Positions 38,135-46,827 of a stretch of DNA of 64,000 bases are shown one piece after another. Both the position numbers and the translations under genes were made by a program. This DNA comes from Longimicrobiales bacterium (GTDB taxonomy: Bacteria; Gemmatimonadota; Gemmatimonadetes; Longimicrobiales; Gaopeijiaceae), in the NCBI GenBank assembly GCA_965198065.1, contig CBDAON010000004.1:2080001-2144000 (forward strand). The letters run 5' to 3'. Within the stretch, counting starts at the first letter, position 1. Every line of letters begins with the position of its first letter. Below the pieces are notes generated by a model. The model was given only the letters and a program-made list of their open reading frames with translations, did not search any database and was not told where the DNA came from.

Positions 38135-39091
38135 ATGACGCGAGCGACAGCGAGATCGGGGGGCGGACCCGACCTCTCGGGAATCCTCGTACCTGTGGTC
38201 ACGCCGTTCGACCGCGAGACAGGGGACGTGGATGCGCCCGCTCTGGTTTCTAACCTGGAAGCGCTCCTCGCGGAGCCGATCCGGGGCGTCGTGTTGGCCG
38301 GCTCGACCGGGGAGGGCGTGCTGCTCGCTCCGGAAGAGCGGCTCGCTCTCGTCCGCGCTGCCCGGGACGTCGTGCCCGAGGACCGTATCCTGCTCGCGGG
38401 CACGGGGCTCGAGTCCACGCGCGCGACTATCCGCCTGACCGAGGCTGCCGCGCGTGCCGGCGCGGACGCGGTGCTCGTCCAGCCCCCGTCGTTCTATCGG
38501 GTTGCGATGGACGTCGCGGCCCTCTCGCGTCACTACCGGGCCGTCGCGGAGGCGTCGCCGGTGCCGCTTGTCCTCTATCAGGTCCCTCCACGGCTTTCGA
38601 CCATCGAGCTTCGGACGGCGCTCGTGGTTGAGCTCTCCGAGCTTCCGAACGTGATCGGGGTCAAGGACTCGCGAGGCGACCTGGAAGGGCTCGCGGCTTG
38701 GGTCACCAACGTCGTGAGAGGGTTCCAGGTGCTGGTGGGAGAGGCGGGAAAGCTCTACGCTGCCCTCGAGATCGGAGCGACGGGGGGAATCCTGGCCGTC
38801 GCAAACCTTGCGCCTGCGGATGCGTGCGAGCTCCACCGGGCCTTTCGGGAAGGGCGGAGCGCGGAGGCCGAACGGATCCAGGAGAGGCTCGGACCGCTGG
38901 TCCGGGTCGTAGTGGGAAGACTCGGTGTTCCCGGCGTGAAGGCGGCCATGGATCTCCTGGGGATGCGTGGGGGCGCGCCGCGCCCTCCCCTTCTGCCACT
39001 GGACGAGGAGGCGGTTGGCCAGGTTCGCCGGGCTCTCGAGACCGCGGGACTGGCACCGGGTCCAGTTCGCCCGGGCATGCTCATCCTCTAA
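38135..39091 (+). CDS. DHDPS-family aldolase (HOGA-like paralog)
   Basis: AGSTGEG, LYQVP, IGVKDS. Confidence 0.82.
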   Translation: MTRATARSGGGPDLSGILVPVVTPFDRETGDVDAPALVSNLEALLAEPIRGVVLAGSTGEGVLLAPEERLALVRAARDVVPEDRILLAGTGLESTRATIRLTEAAARAGADAVLVQPPSFYRVAMDVAALSRHYRAVAEASPVPLVLYQVPPRLSTIELRTALVVELSELPNVIGVKDSRGDLEGLAAWVTNVVRGFQVLVGEAGKLYAALEIGATGGILAVANLAPADACELHRAFREGRSAEAERIQERLGPLVRVVVGRLGVPGVKAAMDLLGMRGGAPRPPLLPLDEEAVGQVRRALETAGLAPGPVRPGMLIL

Positions 39092-39154
39092 GGGCCGGTA
39101 CGGGGGTGGACCGGAGCGGGAACGCCGACGAGCCGCACGGGTGGGGCTGCGCTG

Positions 39155-39184
39155 TTGACACCTCGCCTCGCGTCCACCTAGCTT
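39155..39184 (+). promoter_or_regulatory. sigma70-type promoter for purA
   Basis: TTGACA-N18-TAGCTT. Confidence 0.5.
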
Positions 39185-39217
39185 CTCCCAAAGGATACAG
39201 CGGACTCGTCCGGCTTG

Positions 39218-39244
39218 AGCCCATCCCCCAGGGAGGGCTTTTTT
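39218..39244 (+). terminator. terminator-like hairpin with T-tract in the purA leader
   Basis: AGCCC-ATCCC-CCA-GGGA-GGGCT followed by a T run immediately before the ATG. Confidence 0.5.
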
Positions 39245-39245
39245 C

Positions 39246-40568
39246 ATGCCCATGAGGATCGATTCGAGGGAGCCCGTGAGAGCGACGGATGGTCACCTGG
39301 TGGTCGTGGTCGGCTGCCAGTGGGGCGACGAGGGCAAGGGGAAGATCGTGGACGTCCTCGCCGAGAGCGTGGACGTCGTCGCGCGCTATCAGGGCGGGGC
39401 GAACGCGGGCCACACCGTGCACGTGGGGGAGGAGGAGTTCATCCTCCACCAGATCCCGTCGGGGATCCTCCATCCCGAGAGGCGGTGCCTCCTCGGTAAC
39501 GGAGTCGTGTTGGACCTGATCCAGTTCTTCCAGGAGCACGACGAGCTCGCGGCACGCGGGATTGCCGTGGACGGCAGGGTCGGCGTGAGCTGGCGTGCCC
39601 ACCTGCTCCTGCCGTACCATCGCGTCCTGGATCAGGCGGCCGAGGACCGCGCGGCCGAGTCCAAGATCGGAACGACGGGGAGGGGGATCGGCCCCGCGTA
39701 CCAGGAGAAGGTTTCCCGCCGCGGGATCCGGGTCGCGGACGCGTTCGAAGAGACCCGCTTTCGAGACCTCGTCCTGAGGGGGAGCGACCAGGCGGGCGCG
39801 GCTCTCTCCCAGATGGGCCGACAGGACGACGGCGCGTGGCGGGACGACCTCGAACGGTGCGTCGAGCTCCGGGAGCGCCTGCTCCCCCTGGGCACCGACA
39901 CGGGCCTCGAGATCGAGAGGTCGCTCTCCGCTGGCCAGCGTGTGCTGCTCGAGGGTGCTCAGGGGACGGCGCTGGATCTCGACCACGGCACGTATCCCTA
40001 CGTGACCTCGTCGAACACGACAGCTGGAGCGGCAGCGTTGGGCGTGGGTGTCGGGCCGACCCGGATCGACTCGGTTCTCGGAGTCGTGAAGGCCTACACG
40101 ACGCGAGTCGGGAACGGCCCGCTTCCGACCGCGTTTCCTCCCGAGATGGACGCCCATGTGCGCGAGCTAGGCGGGGAGTTCGGCGCGACGACGGGGCGCC
40201 CCCGCCGATGCGGCTGGTTCGACGCGGTCCTGGCTCGCTATTCGGCGCGTGTGAACGGGCTCACCGGCCTCGCGGTGACGAAGCTGGACGTGCTGGACAC
40301 TCTTCCCCAGATCGGGATTGCTACCGCGTATCGCACCCGCGACGGGGAGACTGAGCACTTTCCCTCCGACACGTGCGGGCTCGAGACCGTGGATCCGGTC
40401 CTCGAGTTCCTGCCCGGATGGCAAGCGGGGACGAGCGAAGCCAAGACGCTCCACGACCTCCCTAAGAACGCACGCCGCTATCTCGATCGGATCGAGGAGA
40501 TTGCGGGCGCCCGCGTGGAGATGGTCTCCGTGGGGACGCGCCGGAGCCAGATCATCCACGTGGGTTGA
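39246..40568 (+). CDS. purA: adenylosuccinate synthetase
   Basis: QWGDEGKGK, GGANAGHT, IGTTGRGIGP, YTTRVG, GATTGRPRRCGW. Confidence 0.97.
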   Translation: MPMRIDSREPVRATDGHLVVVVGCQWGDEGKGKIVDVLAESVDVVARYQGGANAGHTVHVGEEEFILHQIPSGILHPERRCLLGNGVVLDLIQFFQEHDELAARGIAVDGRVGVSWRAHLLLPYHRVLDQAAEDRAAESKIGTTGRGIGPAYQEKVSRRGIRVADAFEETRFRDLVLRGSDQAGAALSQMGRQDDGAWRDDLERCVELRERLLPLGTDTGLEIERSLSAGQRVLLEGAQGTALDLDHGTYPYVTSSNTTAGAAALGVGVGPTRIDSVLGVVKAYTTRVGNGPLPTAFPPEMDAHVRELGGEFGATTGRPRRCGWFDAVLARYSARVNGLTGLAVTKLDVLDTLPQIGIATAYRTRDGETEHFPSDTCGLETVDPVLEFLPGWQAGTSEAKTLHDLPKNARRYLDRIEEIAGARVEMVSVGTRRSQIIHVG

Positions 40569-40637
40569 GGGTGGGGCGCGAAAGGGGGCAGCAGCCGGCC
40601 GCCGCCGCCCCCCCCAAAGCCAGCTGTGCTGAAAGTC

Positions 40638-41657
40638 CTACTCCATGATCCCGCCGGTTGCCCTGAGCTTGACGGCCATGGCGCAGTATCGGGTAACGTT
40701 GAAGTAGTTGACTACGGTCTCGGTCCCGAGGAAATACGGGTTTCGAATGTCGCCGCTCGTGCGTGCCGCGGCTGCATGGGCCCTGAAGTAGCTGTTGTCG
40801 AACTCGGTATGGTTCGACATAAGCGCTACCGCACCGTAAGCGGCTGCGGCGTCCCGGACTTTGGTGGCGGAGGCGATGTACCGGTCGTAGTACGCCGGAT
40901 CGGGATTCGTGAACGAGATCGCCGTTCCCCCCGAATATGCGACCCGGATGGGCTGCCCGTTGTCCCTGAACTCGAACAGGAATGACATCGTGCCCGGCGT
41001 ATGTCCGGGCATGGTGACGATCTGCACCGAAACGTCCCCGACCGAGATCACGCGGCCGTCGGTGCCGTCGTTCTCCGGGCCGCTACGCACCGCGTGAGGA
41101 GATGTGCGAGCTTCGACTGCCGGCCAGTCACCCTCGCCGTACACGATGGTGACGCCGGGAATCGTCTCCTGCAGGTACCTCGCGCCCCCGTCGTGGTCGC
41201 CGTGTGCGTGAGCGAGCAGGACGTAGCGGATGTTGTTCGGATTGAGGCCGAGCCGGCTCAGCCCGCCAGTGATCTCATCGGGCGTCGCGTACTCGTAAAG
41301 CGTGTCGATGATGATGATCTCGCCCGTGTTGGCGACGAGCGCGAACGAGTTGTGAGCCCTCGTGCCGAGGAAGTAGAAGTTATCGCCGATCCGGGCCGGC
41401 TCGGCGTACCAGTTCTCACGGGGAGGCGGGCCCCCTCCACCCCCGCCCCTACCGCCAGTCCTCGGAGGCGGCTGCACGCAAAGGCGGAGGAACGTTCCCG
41501 GAAAGGCCAAGCCTGCTGCGGCCTTGGCGGCCGACTGCAGTCCCTCGACGGTATTCGGCAACGCGGCTGCACCCGGCGCCTGCTGCCCCACCACCGAGGT
41601 GGCGCCCAAGCCCACGAGCAGCACGAGCGCGCCGATGGAAAACGCTGATCTCATCAT
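40638..41657 (-). CDS. secreted MBL-fold metallo-hydrolase (subclass B3-like)
   Basis: HAHGDH, PGHTPG, SNH motifs; signal peptide. Confidence 0.85.
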   Translation of the reverse strand: MMRSAFSIGALVLLVGLGATSVVGQQAPGAAALPNTVEGLQSAAKAAAGLAFPGTFLRLCVQPPPRTGGRGGGGGGPPPRENWYAEPARIGDNFYFLGTRAHNSFALVANTGEIIIIDTLYEYATPDEITGGLSRLGLNPNNIRYVLLAHAHGDHDGGARYLQETIPGVTIVYGEGDWPAVEARTSPHAVRSGPENDGTDGRVISVGDVSVQIVTMPGHTPGTMSFLFEFRDNGQPIRVAYSGGTAISFTNPDPAYYDRYIASATKVRDAAAAYGAVALMSNHTEFDNSYFRAHAAAARTSGDIRNPYFLGTETVVNYFNVTRYCAMAVKLRATGGIME

Positions 41658-42061
41658 GTTCCTCCCTCCGTTTTTGGTAAGATGAAGCTACTGGCCGTCT
41701 TCGCACATCAGCAAGGGATGAAGACTCACGTCGCCGTCAGACCGCGAGCCCCCGACGGCTACTCGTGGGACCGGCCTCCGCCACGGGAGGTCTCCAGGCG
41801 GGGGGTGCGGCGCGCCACGCGGCGGTGGTTGCCGGAGGATGGGACGGCAGGTGAGGGGCGGCAAGGATGGGAGGCCACCAAGCCTACCTAGCTCCTGTCG
41901 CAGACCGCGCGCGCGACCGTGGCCTGGAGCCCCATGGCCTTCCTCCGCTTCACTTCCCGGAAGCCCCCCATTACCTTGAAACGCTCTGTTTCCGCGGTGG
42001 ATAGGGGCCGAGGGGTGCTGAAACGCGCCCGAAGGGAGGCTTCCGTTGGGTTCTCCGATCC

Positions 42062-43282
42062 ATGTTCGATGAGCTGAGCGGGAAGCTCGACTCCGTTCTA
42101 GGACGGTTCCGGGAGCGCGGCGTCCTCACGGAGCCGATGATCCGGGACGGCCTCCGCGAGATCCGCCGGGTCCTCCTCGAGGCGGACGTGAACTACGCGG
42201 TGACGCGCGGGTTCCTCGACCGCGTTCAGGAGAAAGCGCTCGGCGAAGCTGTATTGAAGGCCGTCTCCCCCGGTCAGCAGATAGTGAAGATCGTCCGCGA
42301 CGAGCTCGCGGCCCTGCTCGGAGACGAGTCGCCCCGGATCCGCTGGGCTGGCCGGCCTCCCACCGTCATCCTCGTGGTGGGCCTCCAGGGGTCGGGGAAG
42401 ACGACGACGGCCGGGAAGCTCGCGCGAAGGTTCAAGAGCGAAGGGCGGGAGCCGATGCTCGCGGCGTGCGACCTCCAGAGACCGGCCGCCGTGGAGCAGC
42501 TCCGGACCCTCGCTGGCCGGATCGGCGTGGACTTCCACGGGGGCGAGCCGCGCGGCGACCCCGTCGAGGTCGCGACTGACGCCCTCCGTCTCGCGCGCGA
42601 GCGAAGAAAGGCGGTGCTCCTGGTGGATACCGCGGGTCGGCTCCAGGTGGACGAGCCGATGATGGACGAGATCCGGAGCGTCCGCGCGGCGCTCGACCCC
42701 GACGAGATCCTGCTCATCGCTGACGCGATGACGGGGCAGGAGGCGGTCCGGATCGCCGGGGGGTTCGACCAGGCCCTCGAGGGGCTCGACGACCTGGACC
42801 GGGCGGATCCCCAGAGGTTGGCCGATCGGATTCTCCAGCGCGGGGATGTCGTGGGGCTCGTGGAGCGGGCCGAACGAGCCTTCGACGCGGAGGAGGCGAA
42901 GAAGATCGAGGGAAGGGTGCTCGGTGGTGGCAGGTTCACGCTCGAGGACTTCCTAACTGCCATCGTACAGGTGAGGAAGATGGGCCCCCTCGGCGAGCTC
43001 ATGAAGCTGATTCTCGGCGTCGCGCTCCTGGGCCCGACGACGGACGCCGATCCCAACCGGATCAAACACGTCGAGGCGATCATCCTCTCCATGACGCGGA
43101 AGGAGAGGCGGCGGCCGGAGATCCTGAACGGATCCAGGCGGGCCCGGATCGCCCGGGGGAGCGGTCGGTCGATTGCGGAGGTGAACCGCCTACTCAAACA
43201 GTTCAGGGAACTGCAGAAGGTCATGAAGCAGATGAGGGGGATGCAGGGGGTGCGGCGCATGCCGGGCCTCCTGCCTCGCTGA
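42062..43282 (+). CDS. ffh: signal recognition particle protein Ffh with internal in-frame deletion (possibly pseudogene or artefact)
   Basis: LLEADVN, GLQGSGKTTT, DTAGR, DAMTGQ and M-domain present; TKxD/DARGG/GxGE segment absent at ~42780. Confidence 0.9.
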   Translation: MFDELSGKLDSVLGRFRERGVLTEPMIRDGLREIRRVLLEADVNYAVTRGFLDRVQEKALGEAVLKAVSPGQQIVKIVRDELAALLGDESPRIRWAGRPPTVILVVGLQGSGKTTTAGKLARRFKSEGREPMLAACDLQRPAAVEQLRTLAGRIGVDFHGGEPRGDPVEVATDALRLARERRKAVLLVDTAGRLQVDEPMMDEIRSVRAALDPDEILLIADAMTGQEAVRIAGGFDQALEGLDDLDRADPQRLADRILQRGDVVGLVERAERAFDAEEAKKIEGRVLGGGRFTLEDFLTAIVQVRKMGPLGELMKLILGVALLGPTTDADPNRIKHVEAIILSMTRKERRRPEILNGSRRARIARGSGRSIAEVNRLLKQFRELQKVMKQMRGMQGVRRMPGLLPR

Positions 43283-43375
43283 CAGCGGTCGGCCGCGTAA
43301 CTAGCGAGCGACTCATCCGAGCGGGCCGCTCATCAGAACGAGCCGCTCGCCCAACTGAGAGGAAGAGAACGAGCC

Positions 43376-44008
43376 ATGGCAGTCCGCATCCGACTCCGGC
43401 GACTGGGCCGGAAAAAGAAGCCCCACTATCGGGTCGTCGTGACCGACCGTGCGGCGCCTAGGGAAGGGCGGTTCATCGAGACGCTGGGGCATTACCGGCC
43501 TCTCATGAACCCGGCTCGCCTCGTGCTCGACCTGGAGCGCGTGGACTATTGGATCGGGCAGGGCGCCGTGCCCTCCGAGACCGTGCACTCCCTGATCGAG
43601 AAGGCCCGCAAGGGAGGGGACGACTCCCTCGCCATCGGCGACGTAAACCTCGAGGAGGAACGAGCGAGGAAGACGGAGGCACTCGCCGCTAAACGGGAGG
43701 CCGAGGCGGCGAAGGCGGCGGCCTCGGTGGAGGCGAGGGTGGTGGCGGCCGAGGAGACCGCCCCGGTGGAAGTGGAGGAGGAGGCGGCCGAGGAGACCAC
43801 TGCGGTGGAAGCGAAGGAGGAGGCGGCCGAGGAGACCGCCGCGGCGGAAGCGGAGGTGGCGACGGACGAGGAGACCGCTGCGGTGGAAGCGAAGGAGGCA
43901 GAGGCCCAGGAGACCGCCGCTCAGGAGGGTCCGGACGAGGCGAGCGGGGGGGAGGGCGATGCCGAGGAGGAGGCCGACTCCAGCGAAGAGGCGTCGGAGG
44001 AGGCCTAG
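43376..44008 (+). CDS. rpsP: 30S ribosomal protein S16 with long acidic C-terminal extension
   Basis: MAVRIRLRRLGRKKKPHYRVVV...GRFIETLGHY...GAVPSETV. Confidence 0.95.
   Translation: MAVRIRLRRLGRKKKPHYRVVVTDRAAPREGRFIETLGHYRPLMNPARLVLDLERVDYWIGQGAVPSETVHSLIEKARKGGDDSLAIGDVNLEEERARKTEALAAKREAEAAKAAASVEARVVAAEETAPVEVEEEAAEETTAVEAKEEAAEETAAAEAEVATDEETAAVEAKEAEAQETAAQEGPDEASGGEGDAEEEADSSEEASEEA
43748..43921 (+). repeat. 39-bp tandem repeat (about 4.5 units) in the rpsP tail
   Basis: GCCGAGGAGACC-like starts at 43748, 43787, 43826, 43865, 43904; 13-aa unit AEETxxVEAKEEA. Confidence 0.8.
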
Positions 44009-44030
44009 TTCGGGTCGCCCCGGTCGAACG

Positions 44031-44579
44031 ATGCCTCCCGCCGCTGGCGATCCCGAGTACCTCGTGGTGGGGCACGTCGCCAAGCCGCACGGAATGAAAG
44101 GAGAGGTGTTCGTCTCGCCCCTCACCGAACAGCCGGACGCCATCTACGCGCCCGGTACCCGCCTCCACTTCGCCGATGCCGAAGGGAGAACCCCCGACCC
44201 TGGGCTTCCCGAGGCCCGCATCGCCGAGGTCCGGGCCTATCGAAGAGGGTTCCTGGTTCGCTTCGACGGGACCCGTGACCGCGACGGCGCCGACCTCCTC
44301 CGGGACCGGTACCTGCTCCGCCCGTTTGAGGAGGTCGAGCCGCCCGGCGAGGGGGAGCTCTTCTATCACCAGCTCCTCGGAATGTCGGTGGTCACCCGCG
44401 AAGGGGAGGACGTAGGGACGATCCGAGAGGTCTACGCGCTCCGCCCCGCGGCTCTGCTGGACATCCACGGACCTGACGGCGAGCGCCTGATCCCGTTCAC
44501 GCGGGAGATCGTGGTTGGGTGGGACCTTGGGGCGGGGAAGCTCACGATCGATCCGCTTCCCGGGCTCCTGGATCTCTAG
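44031..44579 (+). CDS. rimM: 16S rRNA processing protein RimM
   Basis: VGHVAKPHGMKGEV, FYHQLLGM, LIPF. Confidence 0.93.
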   Translation: MPPAAGDPEYLVVGHVAKPHGMKGEVFVSPLTEQPDAIYAPGTRLHFADAEGRTPDPGLPEARIAEVRAYRRGFLVRFDGTRDRDGADLLRDRYLLRPFEEVEPPGEGELFYHQLLGMSVVTREGEDVGTIREVYALRPAALLDIHGPDGERLIPFTREIVVGWDLGAGKLTIDPLPGLLDL

Positions 44580-44623
44580 CGGGGTCGCCGACCCGCCGAG
44601 CCGCCTTCCCTCGAGGGCCCACC

Positions 44624-45316
44624 GTGCGAATCCACGTTGTCACGATCTTCCCCGAGTACTTCCGGGAGCCGCTGGCCACGAGCATCCTGGGCCGTGCCCA
44701 GGCCACCGGCGCCGTCGAGTATCGGGTCGTCGATCTCCGGGACTTCACGCACGACCGTCACCGGACGGTGGACGATGTGCCGTACGGAGGTGGCGCCGGG
44801 ATGGTCATGAAGCCAGAGCCGTACTTCGAGGCGGTGGACCACCTCCAGCCGAAGGGTCCGATCGTGCTGCTTTCATCCAGGGGAAGGTTGTTCCGCCACG
44901 AGGAGGCCGTTTGGCTTTCGCTCGAGCCCGAAGTGACACTTCTCTGCGGGCACTACAAGGACGTGGATCAGCGGGTCGCGGAGCACCTCGCGACCGAGGA
45001 GCTCTCGATCGGCGACTTCGTCCTGTCCGGGGGCGAGCCGGCCGCGCTGGTCGTCACGGACGCGGTGGTCCGACTGCTCCCGGGGGTGCTGGGCGACCAC
45101 GAGTCCGCCTCGTCGGATTCGTTCTACGACGAGCCGCTCCTCAGCGTGCCCTCGTGGACACGCCCCCCCGAGTATCGGGGGCACACGGTTCCGGACGTCC
45201 TCCGGGAGGGCGACCACCAGAAGGTCGAGGCGTTTCGCCGCGCGCTCGCCGAGGAGATCACACGGCGAAGACGGCCGGACCTGTGGGAGCGGTTCGGGAA
45301 GGGGCGGAACGCCTGA
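44624..45316 (+). CDS. trmD: tRNA (guanine37-N1)-methyltransferase
   Basis: VDDVPYGGGAGMVM, LCGHYKDVDQR, SIGDFVLSGGE. Confidence 0.95.
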   Translation: MRIHVVTIFPEYFREPLATSILGRAQATGAVEYRVVDLRDFTHDRHRTVDDVPYGGGAGMVMKPEPYFEAVDHLQPKGPIVLLSSRGRLFRHEEAVWLSLEPEVTLLCGHYKDVDQRVAEHLATEELSIGDFVLSGGEPAALVVTDAVVRLLPGVLGDHESASSDSFYDEPLLSVPSWTRPPEYRGHTVPDVLREGDHQKVEAFRRALAEEITRRRRPDLWERFGKGRNA

Positions 45317-45424
45317 ACCGCGTGGCGCAGCCGGGGCAAGCCCGCCCTTCACCGCCGTCCGCGCCCGGGTTATAATCGTCTTCTTCCATAACCGCGCGTA
45401 CGCGGAAAACCGATGGGGGCGACC

Positions 45425-45775
45425 ATGGCGGACCTTCTCAGGCAGTTGCAGGAGGAGCATCAGAGGGAAGAGACGCCGGAATTCGCCCCGGGTGACACCG
45501 TGCGCGTCCTCTATCGGGTTCGCGAGGGGGATAAGGAGCGGATCCAGGTGTTCGAGGGCGTCTGCCTGGGCCGTCGAGGCGGCGGCATGGGCGAGTCGTT
45601 CATGGTCCGGAAGGTCTCGGCGGGGATCGGAGTCGAGCGCATCTTCCCGCTCCATTCTCCGTTCGTGAAAGGGATCGAGGTGGTCCGCAGGGGGCGCGTC
45701 CGGCGCGCGAAGCTCTACTACCTGCGCGGCCTACGCGGAAGAAAAGCCCGCATCCAGGAAAAGCGCGAGGCCTGA
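45425..45775 (+). CDS. rplS: 50S ribosomal protein L19
   Basis: [31 protein letters not shown]. Confidence 0.96.
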   Translation: MADLLRQLQEEHQREETPEFAPGDTVRVLYRVREGDKERIQVFEGVCLGRRGGGMGESFMVRKVSAGIGVERIFPLHSPFVKGIEVVRRGRVRRAKLYYLRGLRGRKARIQEKREA

Positions 45776-45791
45776 GCCCGGGGCGTCGACC

Positions 45792-46505
45792 ATGGGTCGG
45801 GTCTCGTCAGGTTGGGAGGATCCGGGTCCCGGAGGGTGGCGACCTGCGAGGCGGCGCGGCGCCGAGCCGGCATCGGGGCGCGACGGTTCCCCGGCGCGCG
45901 ATCCCCTCGAGTACGAGCGCGGGATCTGGGGCCGGGGCGTGGCCTGGCTCGCGGGGGTGGACGAGGCGGGACGCGGGCCGCTCGCGGGCCCGGTGGTGGC
46001 CGCGGCCGTTGTCCTTCCCCGGGGAAGCCACGTGGAGGGGGCCGCTGACTCGAAGACCCTTCCCGCCGCCGCCCGGGAGGACTTCTACCACCGGATCCTG
46101 GCCGCCTCGCTCGCCGTCGGCGTGGGCGCCGCCTCGGTCCGCGAGATCGATCGAATGAACATCCTGAAGGCGACGTCCCGGGCCATGGATCGGGCCGTGA
46201 GGGGCCTCCGGCGCGCTCCCGAGCACATCGTGGTGGATGGCCTCCCCGTGCGCGGCGTGAGCTGGGAGCACGAAGCGGTGGTGGGCGGCGACGAGATCGT
46301 TCACTCGGTCGCCTGCGCCTCGATCGTGGCGAAGGTGCTGCGCGATCGCCTTATGTGCCTGCTCGCCCGCAGGTACCCGGAGTACGGCTGGGAGACCAAC
46401 ATGGGGTACGCGACCCGGCAGCACATTCGCGCCCTGGACGAGTTTGGCCTGTCACCCCACCATCGGGTGACATTCCGTGAGCAGTTGGATCTGGGATTGG
46501 GCTGA
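45792..46505 (+). CDS. rnhB: ribonuclease HII
   Basis: GVDEAGRGPLAGPVV, DSK, VDG, ASIVAKV. Confidence 0.95.
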   Translation: MGRVSSGWEDPGPGGWRPARRRGAEPASGRDGSPARDPLEYERGIWGRGVAWLAGVDEAGRGPLAGPVVAAAVVLPRGSHVEGAADSKTLPAAAREDFYHRILAASLAVGVGAASVREIDRMNILKATSRAMDRAVRGLRRAPEHIVVDGLPVRGVSWEHEAVVGGDEIVHSVACASIVAKVLRDRLMCLLARRYPEYGWETNMGYATRQHIRALDEFGLSPHHRVTFREQLDLGLG

Positions 46506-46524
46506 GCGAATCGGACGGGTTCGA

Positions 46525-46597
46525 GCCTCCGTAGCTTAACTGGTAAAGCAACCGCCTTTTAAGCGGTAGACACCAGGTTCGAGTCCTGGCGGGGGCA
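46525..46597 (+). tRNA. tRNA-Lys(TTT), CCA not encoded
   Basis: 73-nt cloverleaf; anticodon stem ACCGC/GCGGT with loop CTTTTAA; GGTTCGAGTCC T-arm. Confidence 0.92.
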
Positions 46598-46761
46598 CTG
46601 AAGGGTCGATCGGGAGGCGGCTAGGGTCCACGACGAAACCCAGCCGCTCGCCCTTCTCGCGGATTCGTTGATCGAGTGAGAAAAAGCGGAACTCGGGAAC
46701 GTGGGCTCGAGCTTTCCTTCCGGATGCACTTTCGTCCGCGGGACGTCATCAGATGATGTCA

Positions 46762-46799
46762 GAAGAAAAGGCGGCCGGCCCCGAATAGGACCGGCCGCC
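46762..46799 (-). terminator. intrinsic terminator of the NHL gene
   Basis: GGCGGCCGG...CCGGCCGCC stem followed on the minus strand by TTTTCTTC. Confidence 0.6.
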
Positions 46800-46827
46800 C
46801 CCGCCCTCGGATGGCTCCTACGTCGGA

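Noticed and set aside
40638..41657. Calling the MBL-fold gene an antibiotic-resistance beta-lactamase
   Set aside because: The B3-like motifs are shared with many non-resistance hydrolases; activity cannot be inferred from sequence alone
41682..41891. ORF starting MKLLAVFAH, like PIG-L deacetylase N-termini
   Set aside because: Similarity covers only nine residues and lacks the following PDDE; too little to call
41980..42060. Possible SRP RNA (ffs) upstream of ffh
   Set aside because: The conserved domain IV motif (CAGG..GGAA..AGCAG) is absent
46598..46760. Possible second integration site after tRNA-Lys, including palindrome GACGTCATCAGATGATGTC
   Set aside because: No tRNA-Lys fragment repeat or integrase found in the window
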